Part shown: in pieces, positions 10,197 to 19,988 of the stretch
Layout: each line of letters starts with the position of its first letter
Position numbering within the stretch: position 1 is the first letter of the stretch
From: Pseudomonadota bacterium
GTDB lineage: Bacteria > Bdellovibrionota_C > UBA2361 > OMII01
DNA: 64,000 bases
Direction: 5' to 3'
NCBI GenBank assembly: GCA_038134595.1
Contig: JAYPVM010000002.1
Coordinates: 228,119-292,118, forward strand
Translations under genes and position numbers: made by a program
The notes under the pieces: model-generated
What the model was told of the DNA's origin: nothing
Seen by the model: the letters and a program-made list of their open reading frames with translations, nothing else
The model's database searches: none

Positions 10197-10721
10197 ATGG
10201 AGTCGGAAGTAAACACAGGGAGCGGACCAGAACTATCTGATAACGAGAAGAAGATAGTTAGGGCGAGGCGGACAGCCTTCGTGGCACGTTTTATAGTTCT
10301 TCGTGAGGGAAAGCGAACGCGAGCTCATAGGACAATAGAGATGATGGAGTGGGAGGATTCCACCACTGTTGAGGAGCTTGCCGAAAGATTTAGAAACGCC
10401 TTCATAAGCAATGGCGACGCTATGATGCCCGTCGATCGGGATATTCGTCGAGCTCTTGCGCATTCCTATCGCTCTCTAAAGTGTTTTATTCAGGAGTATG
10501 CTGGTCGAGCCACATTGGATTTTCTTGGTGCATTAGATGACTACGGCCGATCGAATGAGCTTCTGTTTACTGATGAGGACCAGCCCCGCTCGGGGGGGTG
10601 GCGACTTCCGGCTGAGTTAAGAAAAGCGCGAGAGGCTTCACGAAAACAAGACCCGGAGCCTCAAACCAGCTCTTCCTCACGCGCTCGCTTTGGGCACGGA
10701 TCCCCAACAAATTTGGTATAG
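10197..10721 (+). CDS. Hypothetical protein (start at 10197 preferred)
   Basis: Protein-like ORF with GGTGG upstream of ATG 10197, followed by a hairpin. Confidence 0.7.
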   Translation: MESEVNTGSGPELSDNEKKIVRARRTAFVARFIVLREGKRTRAHRTIEMMEWEDSTTVEELAERFRNAFISNGDAMMPVDRDIRRALAHSYRSLKCFIQEYAGRATLDFLGALDDYGRSNELLFTDEDQPRSGGWRLPAELRKAREASRKQDPEPQTSSSSRARFGHGSPTNLV

Positions 10722-10734
10722 ACTTATAGAGGAA

Positions 10735-10776
10735 AGCACCGCTCTTCCCCGCAAACCTTGGGGGAAGATCGGTGCT
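10735..10776. terminator. Hairpin between convergent genes, probably a terminator
   Basis: AGCACCGCTCTTCCCC ... GGGGAAGATCGGTGCT, a 16 bp stem with one mismatch. Confidence 0.65.
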
Positions 10777-10848
10777 ATTGCTAGTTGTCGGCCCGTTAAC
10801 GGTTCTCTCGAAAGGAGTGCATAGAAGGCCTGACTTCGTATTGCTTCC

Positions 10849-11397
10849 CTAATACCGTGCGTTTCCTGTAGGAATTTGACCGGATCCGTCTAGAGCAAAG
10901 TGCACCCTTCTGTTAGCCGCGTAGGCGCCCTCGTCATGGCCCATATCAAGAGGTATTTCCTCTCCGTAACTTATAGTAGATATCTGAGATGATGGAATTC
11001 CCAAAGCCGTTAGCATGGCTTTTACTGCGCGCGCTCTTTCAGCACCAAGAGCCATGTTATACTCAACCGTACCTCTCTCATCACAGTGGCCTTCAAGAAT
11101 AACCTTCAGAGAAGGGTTGTCTGAAAGAAGCTTTGCATTGTTTTCTAGGTCGGTCCTAGCCATGCCTTCAATTGCATACGAGTCAAAGTTAAATCGAATA
11201 TCTTGAAACATACCGTCCCCTTCCGCCGTAGGGATATTTCCCGATCCGAATCTTTGAGCATGGTTGGCTGCTATTTCAGACTCTGAGAGATTGCCATCGC
11301 CTTCGCCAGACCCTGAACTAAACATTGAACATCCAGAAACTGCGAGTAAAACGCAGAGCGAAGAAGAAAGTATGAAAGGTTGAAGTTTTTTCATCAT
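10849..11397 (-). CDS. pal: Peptidoglycan-associated lipoprotein (OmpA-like domain)
   Basis: Lipobox VSGC; FNFDS, EGHCDERGTVEYNMALGAERA, SYGEE, ANRRV. Confidence 0.9.
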   Translation of the reverse strand: MMKKLQPFILSSSLCVLLAVSGCSMFSSGSGEGDGNLSESEIAANHAQRFGSGNIPTAEGDGMFQDIRFNFDSYAIEGMARTDLENNAKLLSDNPSLKVILEGHCDERGTVEYNMALGAERARAVKAMLTALGIPSSQISTISYGEEIPLDMGHDEGAYAANRRVHFALDGSGQIPTGNARY

Positions 11398-11585
11398 AAC
11401 GCCTTTAAACACGGTTACTACCACCATTTGGTACAAATGATTGCATCACCCATTCTAGAGCGCAACTCCAGATATAGCTGATTGTGGTAATAATTAGTGG
11501 GATGGTAAGAGAGTTTTTTAATATGGATAAAGCTCCCAATAATTGGTTTAGTATAGAGGCCATTTCTAATGTCGATGGGAGGTAA

Positions 11586-12950
11586 TTGATGGATAGCACA
11601 GACTTCGTTACGTATTTTGATGCGGAGCTCGGACGGTTCATAGATGAGTGGAAGGAGTTCTTATCTTTTGAAAGCATATCAACGGATCCGGTTTTTAGCG
11701 GCCAATGCGATGCTTGTGCCGGTTGGATTGTGAGTCACTTGGAGCGTCTTGGATTTACGTGTTCATTGCTCTCAACAGAGGGAAAGCCCGTGGTTTTTGC
11801 CGAGTTAGAGGGAAGCCCTGAGAAGCCGACGGTTTTGTTTTATGGTCATTATGATGTTCAGCCAGTCGATCCCGTAGCACTATGGGAAAGCCCTCCGTTT
11901 AAGCCGGAGCTGCGTAACGGACGGATGTACGGCAGGGGCGCCCAGGATAACAAGGGGCAGGTTTTTTACTTTATCAAAGCAATCGAGGCACTGCGGGCGT
12001 TTAATGTAGAGATCCCAACTGTAAAAATGCTCATTGAGGGTGAGGAAGAGTCGGGTAGTGAAGGGATAAGCAAAAAGCTGCACGAGTGGAAGGATAAAAT
12101 AGCCGCGGATGTTTTGATGGTGTGTGATACCGGAATGATTGACCCGCAGGTTCCAACAGTAACTATGGGGCTCCGAGGGATGGCGGCTTGTGAGGTTCGA
12201 GTCTACGGACCTCGGTATGATTTACACTCCGGCGTTTTTGGTGGCATAGTCGTCAATCCCCTCCAGGAGCTCGTTCGAATTGCTGGCCTGCTTCACGACA
12301 AGGATGGAAAGGTTGCGGTTCCGGGATTTTATGATGGGGTTGAGGTTCCATCGCCCGAGCTCGCCAAGCGAGCTCTCGAGGCCCCGTTAGACCTTGGGCG
12401 ACTCGAACAGTCGGTCGGTGTGCCGTTTGTTGGCGGAGAGCAAAATTTCGGTGTTCTGGAGCGACGTGGTTTGAGACCGACGCTTGAGATTAATGGAATC
12501 GGCGGCGGTTATCAGGGGGCAGGCGGTAAAACGGTCATCCCCTCGTCAGGGTTCATAAAGTTATCGATGAGATTAGTGGCGGGCCAAGACCCGGGTAGGA
12601 TATTGGACGCTGTCGAAAAGTTTGTGATGGCCTCCGTGTCAGAGGGGTGTCGCGCTGAAATTTCAGAGAGAAATGTCGGGGGTGAAGCACTGCTGCTTCC
12701 TCTCGAGTCTGAAGTTTTGTCAAAAGCAGTAGAATCACTAGAGAAGGAGTTCGGGGCAAAGCCGGCGCTTCTCTGGGAAGGGGCGAGTATACCGATTATT
12801 CCTCTCTTACAGAGAACATCCGGAGCAGCGCCATTGCTCATCGGGTTCGGCCTCGAGGAAGATGCAATTCATTCCCCAAATGAGTCGTTCTCCTTAGACC
12901 AATTAAAAGATGGCTTTCGCTACGTATCAGCTCTTCTTAGGCAGTTATGA
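11586..12950 (+). CDS. M20 family dipeptidase
   Basis: YGHYDVQP, GRGAQDNKG, EGEEESGS, DLHSG, HSPNE. Confidence 0.93.
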   Translation: MMDSTDFVTYFDAELGRFIDEWKEFLSFESISTDPVFSGQCDACAGWIVSHLERLGFTCSLLSTEGKPVVFAELEGSPEKPTVLFYGHYDVQPVDPVALWESPPFKPELRNGRMYGRGAQDNKGQVFYFIKAIEALRAFNVEIPTVKMLIEGEEESGSEGISKKLHEWKDKIAADVLMVCDTGMIDPQVPTVTMGLRGMAACEVRVYGPRYDLHSGVFGGIVVNPLQELVRIAGLLHDKDGKVAVPGFYDGVEVPSPELAKRALEAPLDLGRLEQSVGVPFVGGEQNFGVLERRGLRPTLEINGIGGGYQGAGGKTVIPSSGFIKLSMRLVAGQDPGRILDAVEKFVMASVSEGCRAEISERNVGGEALLLPLESEVLSKAVESLEKEFGAKPALLWEGASIPIIPLLQRTSGAAPLLIGFGLEEDAIHSPNESFSLDQLKDGFRYVSALLRQL

Positions 12951-14221
12951 TTGATAAGACGACGATGCCATTGGCGGAGAGGTTGCGACCGCGTTGTTTT
13001 GACGAATTTGCTGGCTTGGAATGCTTAGATGCTGACTTCATTGGGCAGGTTCGTGCGGGCTCCGGACGGATTCCGTCGTTAATTCTTTGGGGACCACCAG
13101 GCACCGGTAAAACAACGCTTGCAAAACTTGTGGGTGGTGCATTTGATTGTCGATTCGTTGAACTCTCCGCGGTGCTAAGTGGGGTTAAAGAAGTGCGAGC
13201 TGTTGTTGAAAGTGCACAGGATTTTAAGGAGCCCACGCTTCTATTTGTCGACGAGATACATCGCTTTAACAAGGCTCAGCAAGATGCTTTTTTACCGCAT
13301 GTGGAAAGTGGACGAATAGCGCTGATAGGGGCGACGACTGAGAATCCTTCATTTTATCTCACAAGAGCCTTACTGTCGCGATGTCGTTTGCTTGTCTTGT
13401 CATCACTAGATTCGGGAGCATTACGTAAGGTTCTTGAGCGGGCGATTGTGCTACTCGAGGTTGGGGTGGAGGATGGCGCGAAGAGGATTATATGCGACCG
13501 TAGTCAAGGAGACGCCAGGAGAATGTTAAACCTCTATGAGAGTATCGCCCAAGCGTGGCAGTTGACGTCTGATAGCGATGCCGTGCGGTTAGTTAAAGAA
13601 TCCTTCGTCGTGCAGTACCTGGAGAATGCCGGAGTTAGCGTTTATGATCGCGATGGAGAGGAGCACTACAATCTTGCCTCCGCCTTTATAAAGAGTCTTC
13701 GAGGCTCTGATCCCGATGCCGCGCTCTATTACGGTTTTAGAATGCTCGAGGGGGGAGAGGATCCAAGGTTTCTTATTCGCAGGCTCGTTATTTTCGCAAG
13801 TGAGGATATCGGTAATGCGGACGGCCGCGCGCTACAGCTTGCGGTGGCTACTCTGACAGCTTTTGAACTGGTAGGGTTGCCAGAGGGGAGAATACCGATT
13901 GCGCAGTGCATTACATATCTTGCGACTGCTCCGAAATCGAATAAGAGCTACGTGGCCATGCATCGCGCCATTCGAGCGGTTGCTAACCATCCTAGCGCAC
14001 CCGTTCCACTCTCGCTTCGAAATGGCGAGACCTCTCTAATGCGGGACTTGGGATACGGAAAGGGATACGAGTATCCGCACGATGCCGACGGGGCATTTTT
14101 GCAGGGCAAGCGATATTTACCCGATAGTGTTGATGCGGGACCTTTTTATGAGCCTAGCGACCGAGGCGGTGAGAAGCTAATACGGGACAGGCAGGAATGG
14201 CTACGTAAACGAGCGCGATGA
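12947..14221 (+). CDS. rarA: Replication-associated recombination protein A (MgsA AAA+)
   Basis: PLAERLRP, GPPGTGKT, DEIHRFNKAQQD, ATTENPSF, SEDIGNAD, GYGKGYEYPH. Confidence 0.95.
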   Translation: MIDKTTMPLAERLRPRCFDEFAGLECLDADFIGQVRAGSGRIPSLILWGPPGTGKTTLAKLVGGAFDCRFVELSAVLSGVKEVRAVVESAQDFKEPTLLFVDEIHRFNKAQQDAFLPHVESGRIALIGATTENPSFYLTRALLSRCRLLVLSSLDSGALRKVLERAIVLLEVGVEDGAKRIICDRSQGDARRMLNLYESIAQAWQLTSDSDAVRLVKESFVVQYLENAGVSVYDRDGEEHYNLASAFIKSLRGSDPDAALYYGFRMLEGGEDPRFLIRRLVIFASEDIGNADGRALQLAVATLTAFELVGLPEGRIPIAQCITYLATAPKSNKSYVAMHRAIRAVANHPSAPVPLSLRNGETSLMRDLGYGKGYEYPHDADGAFLQGKRYLPDSVDAGPFYEPSDRGGEKLIRDRQEWLRKRAR

Positions 14222-14422
14222 GGATTGTCAGTAACTGGGTCTTGATTGAACTTGTTTCACAAGCTAAGCACCTTTATTAAGGGAGCTTTATAGTATCTCA
14301 CTTTTCTAAACTGAGATGGAGCGCTGGTTTTTCAATGGGCTTGAATGAGGCTCCCTTCCTGCTAGCGTCCGTATATCGGGCGTGGGTTGTTTGATGGTAT
14401 GTGATTAGATACAGTTGGCAAC

Positions 14423-15907
14423 ATGCTGAAACAAAACTGGCGCATAGTATCAATGCTCGAGCGCATTGGAGATAACGTAATTATCGTTGCATCGTTTGTC
14501 GCTGCCTATTTTGGTCGATCTTCGTTGTTGTATTGGAACGATTCGCTTCGTCTTTCCCTTCCGTTTGCAGGAGAACAATTGCTACCGCTGCAGGATTATT
14601 CGGTTGTATTATTGGCGGGTTTGGTTGGATACACGTTGGTCTTAAATTCGATGGGAGCGTATGGTAGTATGCGTCTTTCATCGGTAGGAGCATTATTTCG
14701 AACAACCTTTATAAGCAGCGTCTTAGTATTTTTCGTCATAGCCGCAGTGCTCTTCGTCATAAAATTTTCAATAAGCCGCTCGTTTATTGGCTTGTTCGTT
14801 TTGTTGAGCGGTTGCGGCTTGACGCTCGAGCGGTATTTCGTACTTAAGCTTCTGAGGTATTGGCGCCGCCGGGGACGAAACTATCGAAATGTCATTGTCT
14901 GTGGGGTTGGCCAGCAGGCGCAGGCGCTTGCTAGGGAGCTGCGAAGTAGGCCAGAACTCGGAATTCACATAAGGGGTTTTGCAGATCTAGAGTTCGACGA
15001 TGGTAGTAAGGTTCGCCGGTACGAAAGTTTACGGAGCGGTGTCGGACTCGATATTCCTACAGGAAGAATTCTTAAAGGGGTTCCAGAGGTTGCAAAGGCA
15101 TTACAAGACTATGCCATAGACGAGGTCATTTTCACGGATGTTGTAAGCGTGCTTGCTCGCGTTGAGGATTTAATATCTATCTGCGGAGAGCAGGGAATTA
15201 GGGCCACAATTGTCGCAGATATTTTTAGCATGGGACTTAAGAATTCGGAGATGAGCTATTTCGGTGGAATGCCGCTTATCCATTTTCAGACTCCTCCGGG
15301 GACATTATGGGCGTTGAGTTGTAAGCGTCTTATAGATGTATTTGTATCGACCGTGCTTTTGACGTTACTCGTGCCGTTACTACCAGTTTTTGCTGTAGGT
15401 GTTAAGACTACTAAGGGGCCGGTGTTTTTTAGGCAACGGAGAATGGGGCTAAATGGGCGAATCTTTTGGCTCCTGAAATTTCGATCGATGGTGGATGGTG
15501 CAGATCAGAATCAACAGTCTCTTCGTGCAAGAAATGAGATGCAAGGCCCCACGTTCAAGATAGCTCAAGACCCAAGGATCACATCTTTTGGTCGGTTTCT
15601 TAGGCGATTTAGTTTGGACGAATTGCCGCAGTTGTGGAATGTTTTTGTTGGAGAGATGAGTTTGGTGGGGCCTAGGCCCCCGTTGCCCGGTGAGGTGAGT
15701 TTATACGACCGAAGAAGCAGGCGGCGGCTTTCGATGCGACCGGGATTGACGTGCATTTGGCAGGTTAGTGGACGTAATGAGATTGCCGATTTTAAGGATT
15801 GGGTTGCATTGGATTTAGCATATATCGACAACTGGTCACTTCTCCAGGATTTTTGCTTGTTGATTCGAACTGTTCCTGCGGTTCTCTTCGGGCGAGGCGC
15901 CCATTAG
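14423..15907 (+). CDS. Undecaprenyl-phosphate sugar phosphotransferase (WcaJ/WbaP family priming transferase)
   Basis: KRLID, KFRSM, DPRITSFG, LDELPQ, MSLVGPRP, PGLTCIWQ, DLAYIDNWS. Confidence 0.92.
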   Translation: MLKQNWRIVSMLERIGDNVIIVASFVAAYFGRSSLLYWNDSLRLSLPFAGEQLLPLQDYSVVLLAGLVGYTLVLNSMGAYGSMRLSSVGALFRTTFISSVLVFFVIAAVLFVIKFSISRSFIGLFVLLSGCGLTLERYFVLKLLRYWRRRGRNYRNVIVCGVGQQAQALARELRSRPELGIHIRGFADLEFDDGSKVRRYESLRSGVGLDIPTGRILKGVPEVAKALQDYAIDEVIFTDVVSVLARVEDLISICGEQGIRATIVADIFSMGLKNSEMSYFGGMPLIHFQTPPGTLWALSCKRLIDVFVSTVLLTLLVPLLPVFAVGVKTTKGPVFFRQRRMGLNGRIFWLLKFRSMVDGADQNQQSLRARNEMQGPTFKIAQDPRITSFGRFLRRFSLDELPQLWNVFVGEMSLVGPRPPLPGEVSLYDRRSRRRLSMRPGLTCIWQVSGRNEIADFKDWVALDLAYIDNWSLLQDFCLLIRTVPAVLFGRGAH

Positions 15908-16016
15908 TGGGAGGCATAGCCTATCTATAGGTCTTCCGTCTGCTCCGTTCGGCAGGCAATGTCGAGGCATTAGAGAGGTTGGGTGAAGACTTCTGTCTAA
16001 TCGTTGTGTTGAGGGG

Positions 16017-16664
16017 TTATTGTAAGAGCTTGCCGTTTAATCTAGCGATGTTGAGTTGTTTCGCGACGGAAATCATCTGATGTGAGTCGGAACATCGTGA
16101 AATTGTAAGGTCAAGTAGGCCGTTTTTTGCGATCGGAATCTGCAACCGACATGCGCCGTTAGCTTCTCGGAGGTATTTGGCACTAATGCCTTGAATGTCT
16201 ATCGGATGGGATGCAATCACGTCGATAAATGGGGGAGCAAGTTTTTTAAGGCTCAGCAATGCGCCATTCTCTGCGAGAAGTTGCAACTGGGGCTTTGGCA
16301 CTAGCACTGAAAGGTTGATCGTTATTTTCTGGGTGTTCGAAAAAGAAACGCTCGCAAGCGCTACTTCTTCGGTAATTCGGAAGAGATGATTACTTAATTT
16401 CCAGCCCGGTAGTTTTACGGCTAACCAATTGGCAAGATCTCTCGGCGCGCGCTCATTGGCGAATAACGATTCATAGGGGGTCAGGAAGGTGCCCTTCTTT
16501 ACAGGGATATGCCGCTTCTTCGCCTGGTGCGATGATTCTAATTTTTGGTAATCTCTGGAGGTCGTCACAATATCGAGTGCATCACCAGCAGCAAAAGAAC
16601 TACAAGAAATTAGCCCGACGAGGATACTAAGTTTAGTGGCACTGTTCTTTAACTTGCAACGCAC
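16017..16664 (-). CDS. Hypothetical exported protein or lipoprotein
   Basis: Signal-like N-terminus LSILVGLISCSSFAA; co-oriented 28 bp downstream of the receiver gene. Confidence 0.65.
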   Translation of the reverse strand: MRCKLKNSATKLSILVGLISCSSFAAGDALDIVTTSRDYQKLESSHQAKKRHIPVKKGTFLTPYESLFANERAPRDLANWLAVKLPGWKLSNHLFRITEEVALASVSFSNTQKITINLSVLVPKPQLQLLAENGALLSLKKLAPPFIDVIASHPIDIQGISAKYLREANGACRLQIPIAKNGLLDLTISRCSDSHQMISVAKQLNIARLNGKLLQ

Positions 16665-16691
16665 TGTTTCTGCCCGTATCGTATCTACTAA

Positions 16692-17420
16692 TTAAACCAT
16701 ATCCTCTGATAACCGCGAAGAGGATAACCGCTTTCGCAGTCTTCCCAGTCTCGTGGCTGGGCCGCGGCATTTTTCTACGCAAAATCTCTCGAGAGCTTCA
16801 ACAAGACCTTGGTCGCCACCTTTTGCGAATATATGCGCTAGCTCCGAAGCTTGTCGTAGCGCTGATTCGGCTCTGCCAAGCTCGCGTTGGGCGGTCTGAA
16901 ATTGCTTCGCCTGTCGTTGAACTGTTGCAAGTCTATCTAGACTTGTCATCATAATAGCGACGAGGGCTTCGTTTCTATCTTTCGCTGTTTTTATGATATC
17001 TGGTATCGGCTCACCTTTCGTGGCGAGACACACCGATGCCTCGACAGTCTCTCTAGTAAATGGTTTAACGAGATAACCCTTGGCCCCCAGGACCAGAAGT
17101 TCAAAGACGTCATCAACACTGGGATTGGCGGAACTAGGTATTGCTATTATTTCCGGTGCAATGTCGATAACCTCAGAGAACCATTCTTGCACAGGATAGT
17201 TGTCCTTTTTTGCATCGAAAATAATGTGCGTAAATTTTCTTCCCTCAAATTTATCGAGAGATGATAAGTGGTTTGTGGCCTCAGAGACGCGTCCGAAGCC
17301 GAGCCTTTTCATGGTAGCTCGTAGTAGGTTTCTCTCTGCTGGATCAGGCTCAACGATAAGGATTGAGCTACTTGCCCGTTCAATCTGGGAGAATAAATCT
17401 TTGTTGCCTGAGACTCTCAT
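16692..17420 (-). CDS. CheY-like receiver domain protein with an unknown helical C-terminal domain
   Basis: ILIVEPD, HIIFD (phosphoacceptor position), GAKGYLVKPFT. Confidence 0.82.
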   Translation of the reverse strand: MRVSGNKDLFSQIERASSSILIVEPDPAERNLLRATMKRLGFGRVSEATNHLSSLDKFEGRKFTHIIFDAKKDNYPVQEWFSEVIDIAPEIIAIPSSANPSVDDVFELLVLGAKGYLVKPFTRETVEASVCLATKGEPIPDIIKTAKDRNEALVAIMMTSLDRLATVQRQAKQFQTAQRELGRAESALRQASELAHIFAKGGDQGLVEALERFCVEKCRGPATRLGRLRKRLSSSRLSEDMV

Positions 17421-17499
17421 GTGCTCGTTTTTGTATCCTTAAGAAACCGATCTAATCTGTTTTCACAGCAAAGCCCTATTTTGGCGAGGCCTACCGTAG

Positions 17500-17528
17500 G
17501 GTTCGGCATTAAGTGCGGGGTTCTTGAG
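17500..17528 (-). promoter_or_regulatory. Putative sigma28-like promoter of the receiver gene
   Basis: Minus strand CTCAAG-N15-GCCGAACC, same spacing as the flagellin promoters. Confidence 0.4.
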
Positions 17529-17666
17529 GATAAATTTTGGGTTGCATTCGGTATCGTTCAGTTAATTCCGAACAAAAATAGACATTTAAGCTAAGACTTC
17601 TTGTCAGAATGAGCAGAACCTTTGCTTTAATTGCGTTTCTTAGGAATTACTCGTACCCTAGCTAGT

Positions 17667-18278
17667 ATGACGAGAAATTCGAAAAAAGAGTTACGTAAGG
17701 ATATGAAGCTGCTGCTTTCCAACCTTGATTCAAGGTGGATAGATAAAGCACAAATGGAGTTGTGCTCGCAACTTACGTCTCTGTTACTATCTTTTCATAG
17801 CCAGCAGTATAGCTTTCGAAATGTGCTCATGTGGATTCCGGCTTTTGCAGGAGAAGCTGATTTAAGTGAGTGTGTAGATGATATGCTGTCGGTAAGCTCT
17901 GTTTATCTACCTCGAATCGACTCTAATAACTCAATGTCATTTTATCGAATATTTGATGACTGGCGGGATAACCTTGAACTCGGCACGCGGGGAGTCAGGC
18001 AGCCTATGCAGGATTATGGAGAGCTTTTCATTCCCAAACAGGATGAATTGAATGTTGTCGTGATACCAGGCGTTGCATTCTCTACAGATGGAAAGCGACT
18101 CGGTCGAGGGGGTGGTCACTACGACCGGTACCTTGGGGACGATCGGCTTGCTGGCGCTGTGAAAATTGGGGTCTGCTGGTCGATGCAGGTTACCCAGAAT
18201 ATACCAATTGATGCGCACGATGTTTCTATGGATTGGGTGTGCTTCGAACGGGGGGCGTTACGGGTAAATGATGGATAG
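17667..18278 (+). CDS. 5-formyltetrahydrofolate cyclo-ligase (YgfA family)
   Basis: KKELRK, VIPGVAF, RLGRGGGHYDR, HDVSMD. Confidence 0.9.
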   Translation: MTRNSKKELRKDMKLLLSNLDSRWIDKAQMELCSQLTSLLLSFHSQQYSFRNVLMWIPAFAGEADLSECVDDMLSVSSVYLPRIDSNNSMSFYRIFDDWRDNLELGTRGVRQPMQDYGELFIPKQDELNVVVIPGVAFSTDGKRLGRGGGHYDRYLGDDRLAGAVKIGVCWSMQVTQNIPIDAHDVSMDWVCFERGALRVNDG

Positions 18279-19092
18279 TGTTAAGGTGCATGAAAAGCGA
18301 CTAGGCGTAGTCCGTGTGATATTTTTAGGCGATGTGGTCGGACGGCCCGGACGCAGCGTTATCAAAGACAGGCTCGCAGGATTTCGTGAGAAAATTAGTG
18401 CGGATATTGTGATTGCAAACGGAGAGAACGCGGCAGGAGGCGCGGGGATAGACTCAGCAACAGCCATAGAATTAAAGAACGCTGGTGTTGATCTTATAAC
18501 CCTGGGAGATCATGCCTTTCAGCGAAAAGGATCAGCTGAATTTCTAGATGCAAACAGCGACTGGTGTATTCGCCCCGCAAATCTTCCTCAGCAGACCACG
18601 CCCGGAAAGGGATTGTGCAGATATCGGCTGCCGGACTTCTCCGTAGAGATAGTATTGATAAACTTACTTGGTAGAGTTTTTATATCAAACGTTGCAGAGA
18701 GTCCGTTTTTTGAGATGGATAAGTTTTTGAATAGTGAGATCACTACAGATGGCGTGATCACGATCTGTGATTTCCACGCAGAAGCCACATCAGAGAAGTG
18801 GGCTATGGCAAGACACACCGACGGCAAGCTCGCAATGCTCGTTGGTACTCACACACACGTACAAACATCGGATGCTCAGATACTACCGCACGGTACAGCC
18901 TACATTACGGACTTGGGCATGACAGGGTCGCCCGAGGGAGTGATTGGAATGAAGAGTAGTGTTGCCCTTAACCGTTTTCTCTCCCCTAGGCCTGCGCCGT
19001 ATGAGATAGCGCCGGGAGAGGGGGTAATGCGTGGTGTTATCGCTGACTTCTGTGTAGAAACCTGCAAGGCTAAGTCGATAATCTCCCTTTAG
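18268..19092 (+). CDS. ymdB: YmdB-family metallophosphoesterase
   Basis: GDVVGRPG, NGENAAGG, DFHAEATSEK, GTHTHVQT, DLGMTG. Confidence 0.92.
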   Translation: MMDSVKVHEKRLGVVRVIFLGDVVGRPGRSVIKDRLAGFREKISADIVIANGENAAGGAGIDSATAIELKNAGVDLITLGDHAFQRKGSAEFLDANSDWCIRPANLPQQTTPGKGLCRYRLPDFSVEIVLINLLGRVFISNVAESPFFEMDKFLNSEITTDGVITICDFHAEATSEKWAMARHTDGKLAMLVGTHTHVQTSDAQILPHGTAYITDLGMTGSPEGVIGMKSSVALNRFLSPRPAPYEIAPGEGVMRGVIADFCVETCKAKSIISL

Positions 19093-19215
19093 GCTCTAAC
19101 GCTAAAACGGCGTTAGCTAATTCGGCGCTCGTTAAAACTGAGCACTTTATCGCTATTGGCGCATCCAACTCCTTGTTGTTCCCGTTTCACCATTTGAGAA
19201 TAGAGAGGGGATAGT

Positions 19216-19968
19216 ATGAAACAGTGGCGCGTTAGTTTGCTTCGTTTGGTAGTTTGTTTGGGTCTGTTTGTGGCGTTCTTGCAGGACAGCGGAGCTCAAG
19301 ACAAATATCCGATGGATAGAAATCCCGATGGGTTTGGAGCCTATCATCGCACTCCAGCATACCGCGAATCGGAGTCGCACCCGTTGCGAATTCTTGCCTA
19401 TATTGTTCACCCAATAGGGTGGTTGGCTAGAGAGGTTATCTTTCGCCCGTTTAGTTATTTTGCGTCGTCTACTCCCGAAACTCGGGCGCTTTTAGGATAT
19501 CGAGATCCGTATGACTACCGGAACCCGAGCTGTTTTTCAGGTTCAGACTCTATACCCAACTGTAGGTCGCTCCCGCCATTTGCCACAGCTGATGTGATCG
19601 AAGATGAGACAAGTCTTTCTAGGCAGGTAGTGTATTTTCCGGATGTGAATTTTGACTTTGATAAACGTCGATTAAACAAAGCTGGTGAGCGAAAGGCAGC
19701 GATCGTGGCTAACATGCTTAAAGTCGGAGAGCCTCTTTCTATTGAATTACAGGGATATGCCGACTCACGTGGCTCAGACTCTTATAACATGAAACTGGGA
19801 ATGGACCGAGCAGATGCTGTTAAATCGGAGCTTGTCAGGCTTGGTGTCCCCAACGAAAGTTTGTATACAGTATCGTTTGGGGAGCGTAAGCCCCTTTTCG
19901 AGGAAGAAGAAGCTTGGGCACACGCTGCCAACAGGCGGGTAGAGGTGCACTTGGCGAAGGGTAATTAG
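19216..19968 (+). CDS. OmpA-family protein with signal peptide and uncharacterised N-terminal domain
   Basis: DVNFDFDK, GYADSRGSDSYNMKLG, SFGE, ANRRVE. Confidence 0.85.
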   Translation: MKQWRVSLLRLVVCLGLFVAFLQDSGAQDKYPMDRNPDGFGAYHRTPAYRESESHPLRILAYIVHPIGWLAREVIFRPFSYFASSTPETRALLGYRDPYDYRNPSCFSGSDSIPNCRSLPPFATADVIEDETSLSRQVVYFPDVNFDFDKRRLNKAGERKAAIVANMLKVGEPLSIELQGYADSRGSDSYNMKLGMDRADAVKSELVRLGVPNESLYTVSFGERKPLFEEEEAWAHAANRRVEVHLAKGN

Positions 19969-19988
19969 ACCTGCCCAGAAACGCGGGT

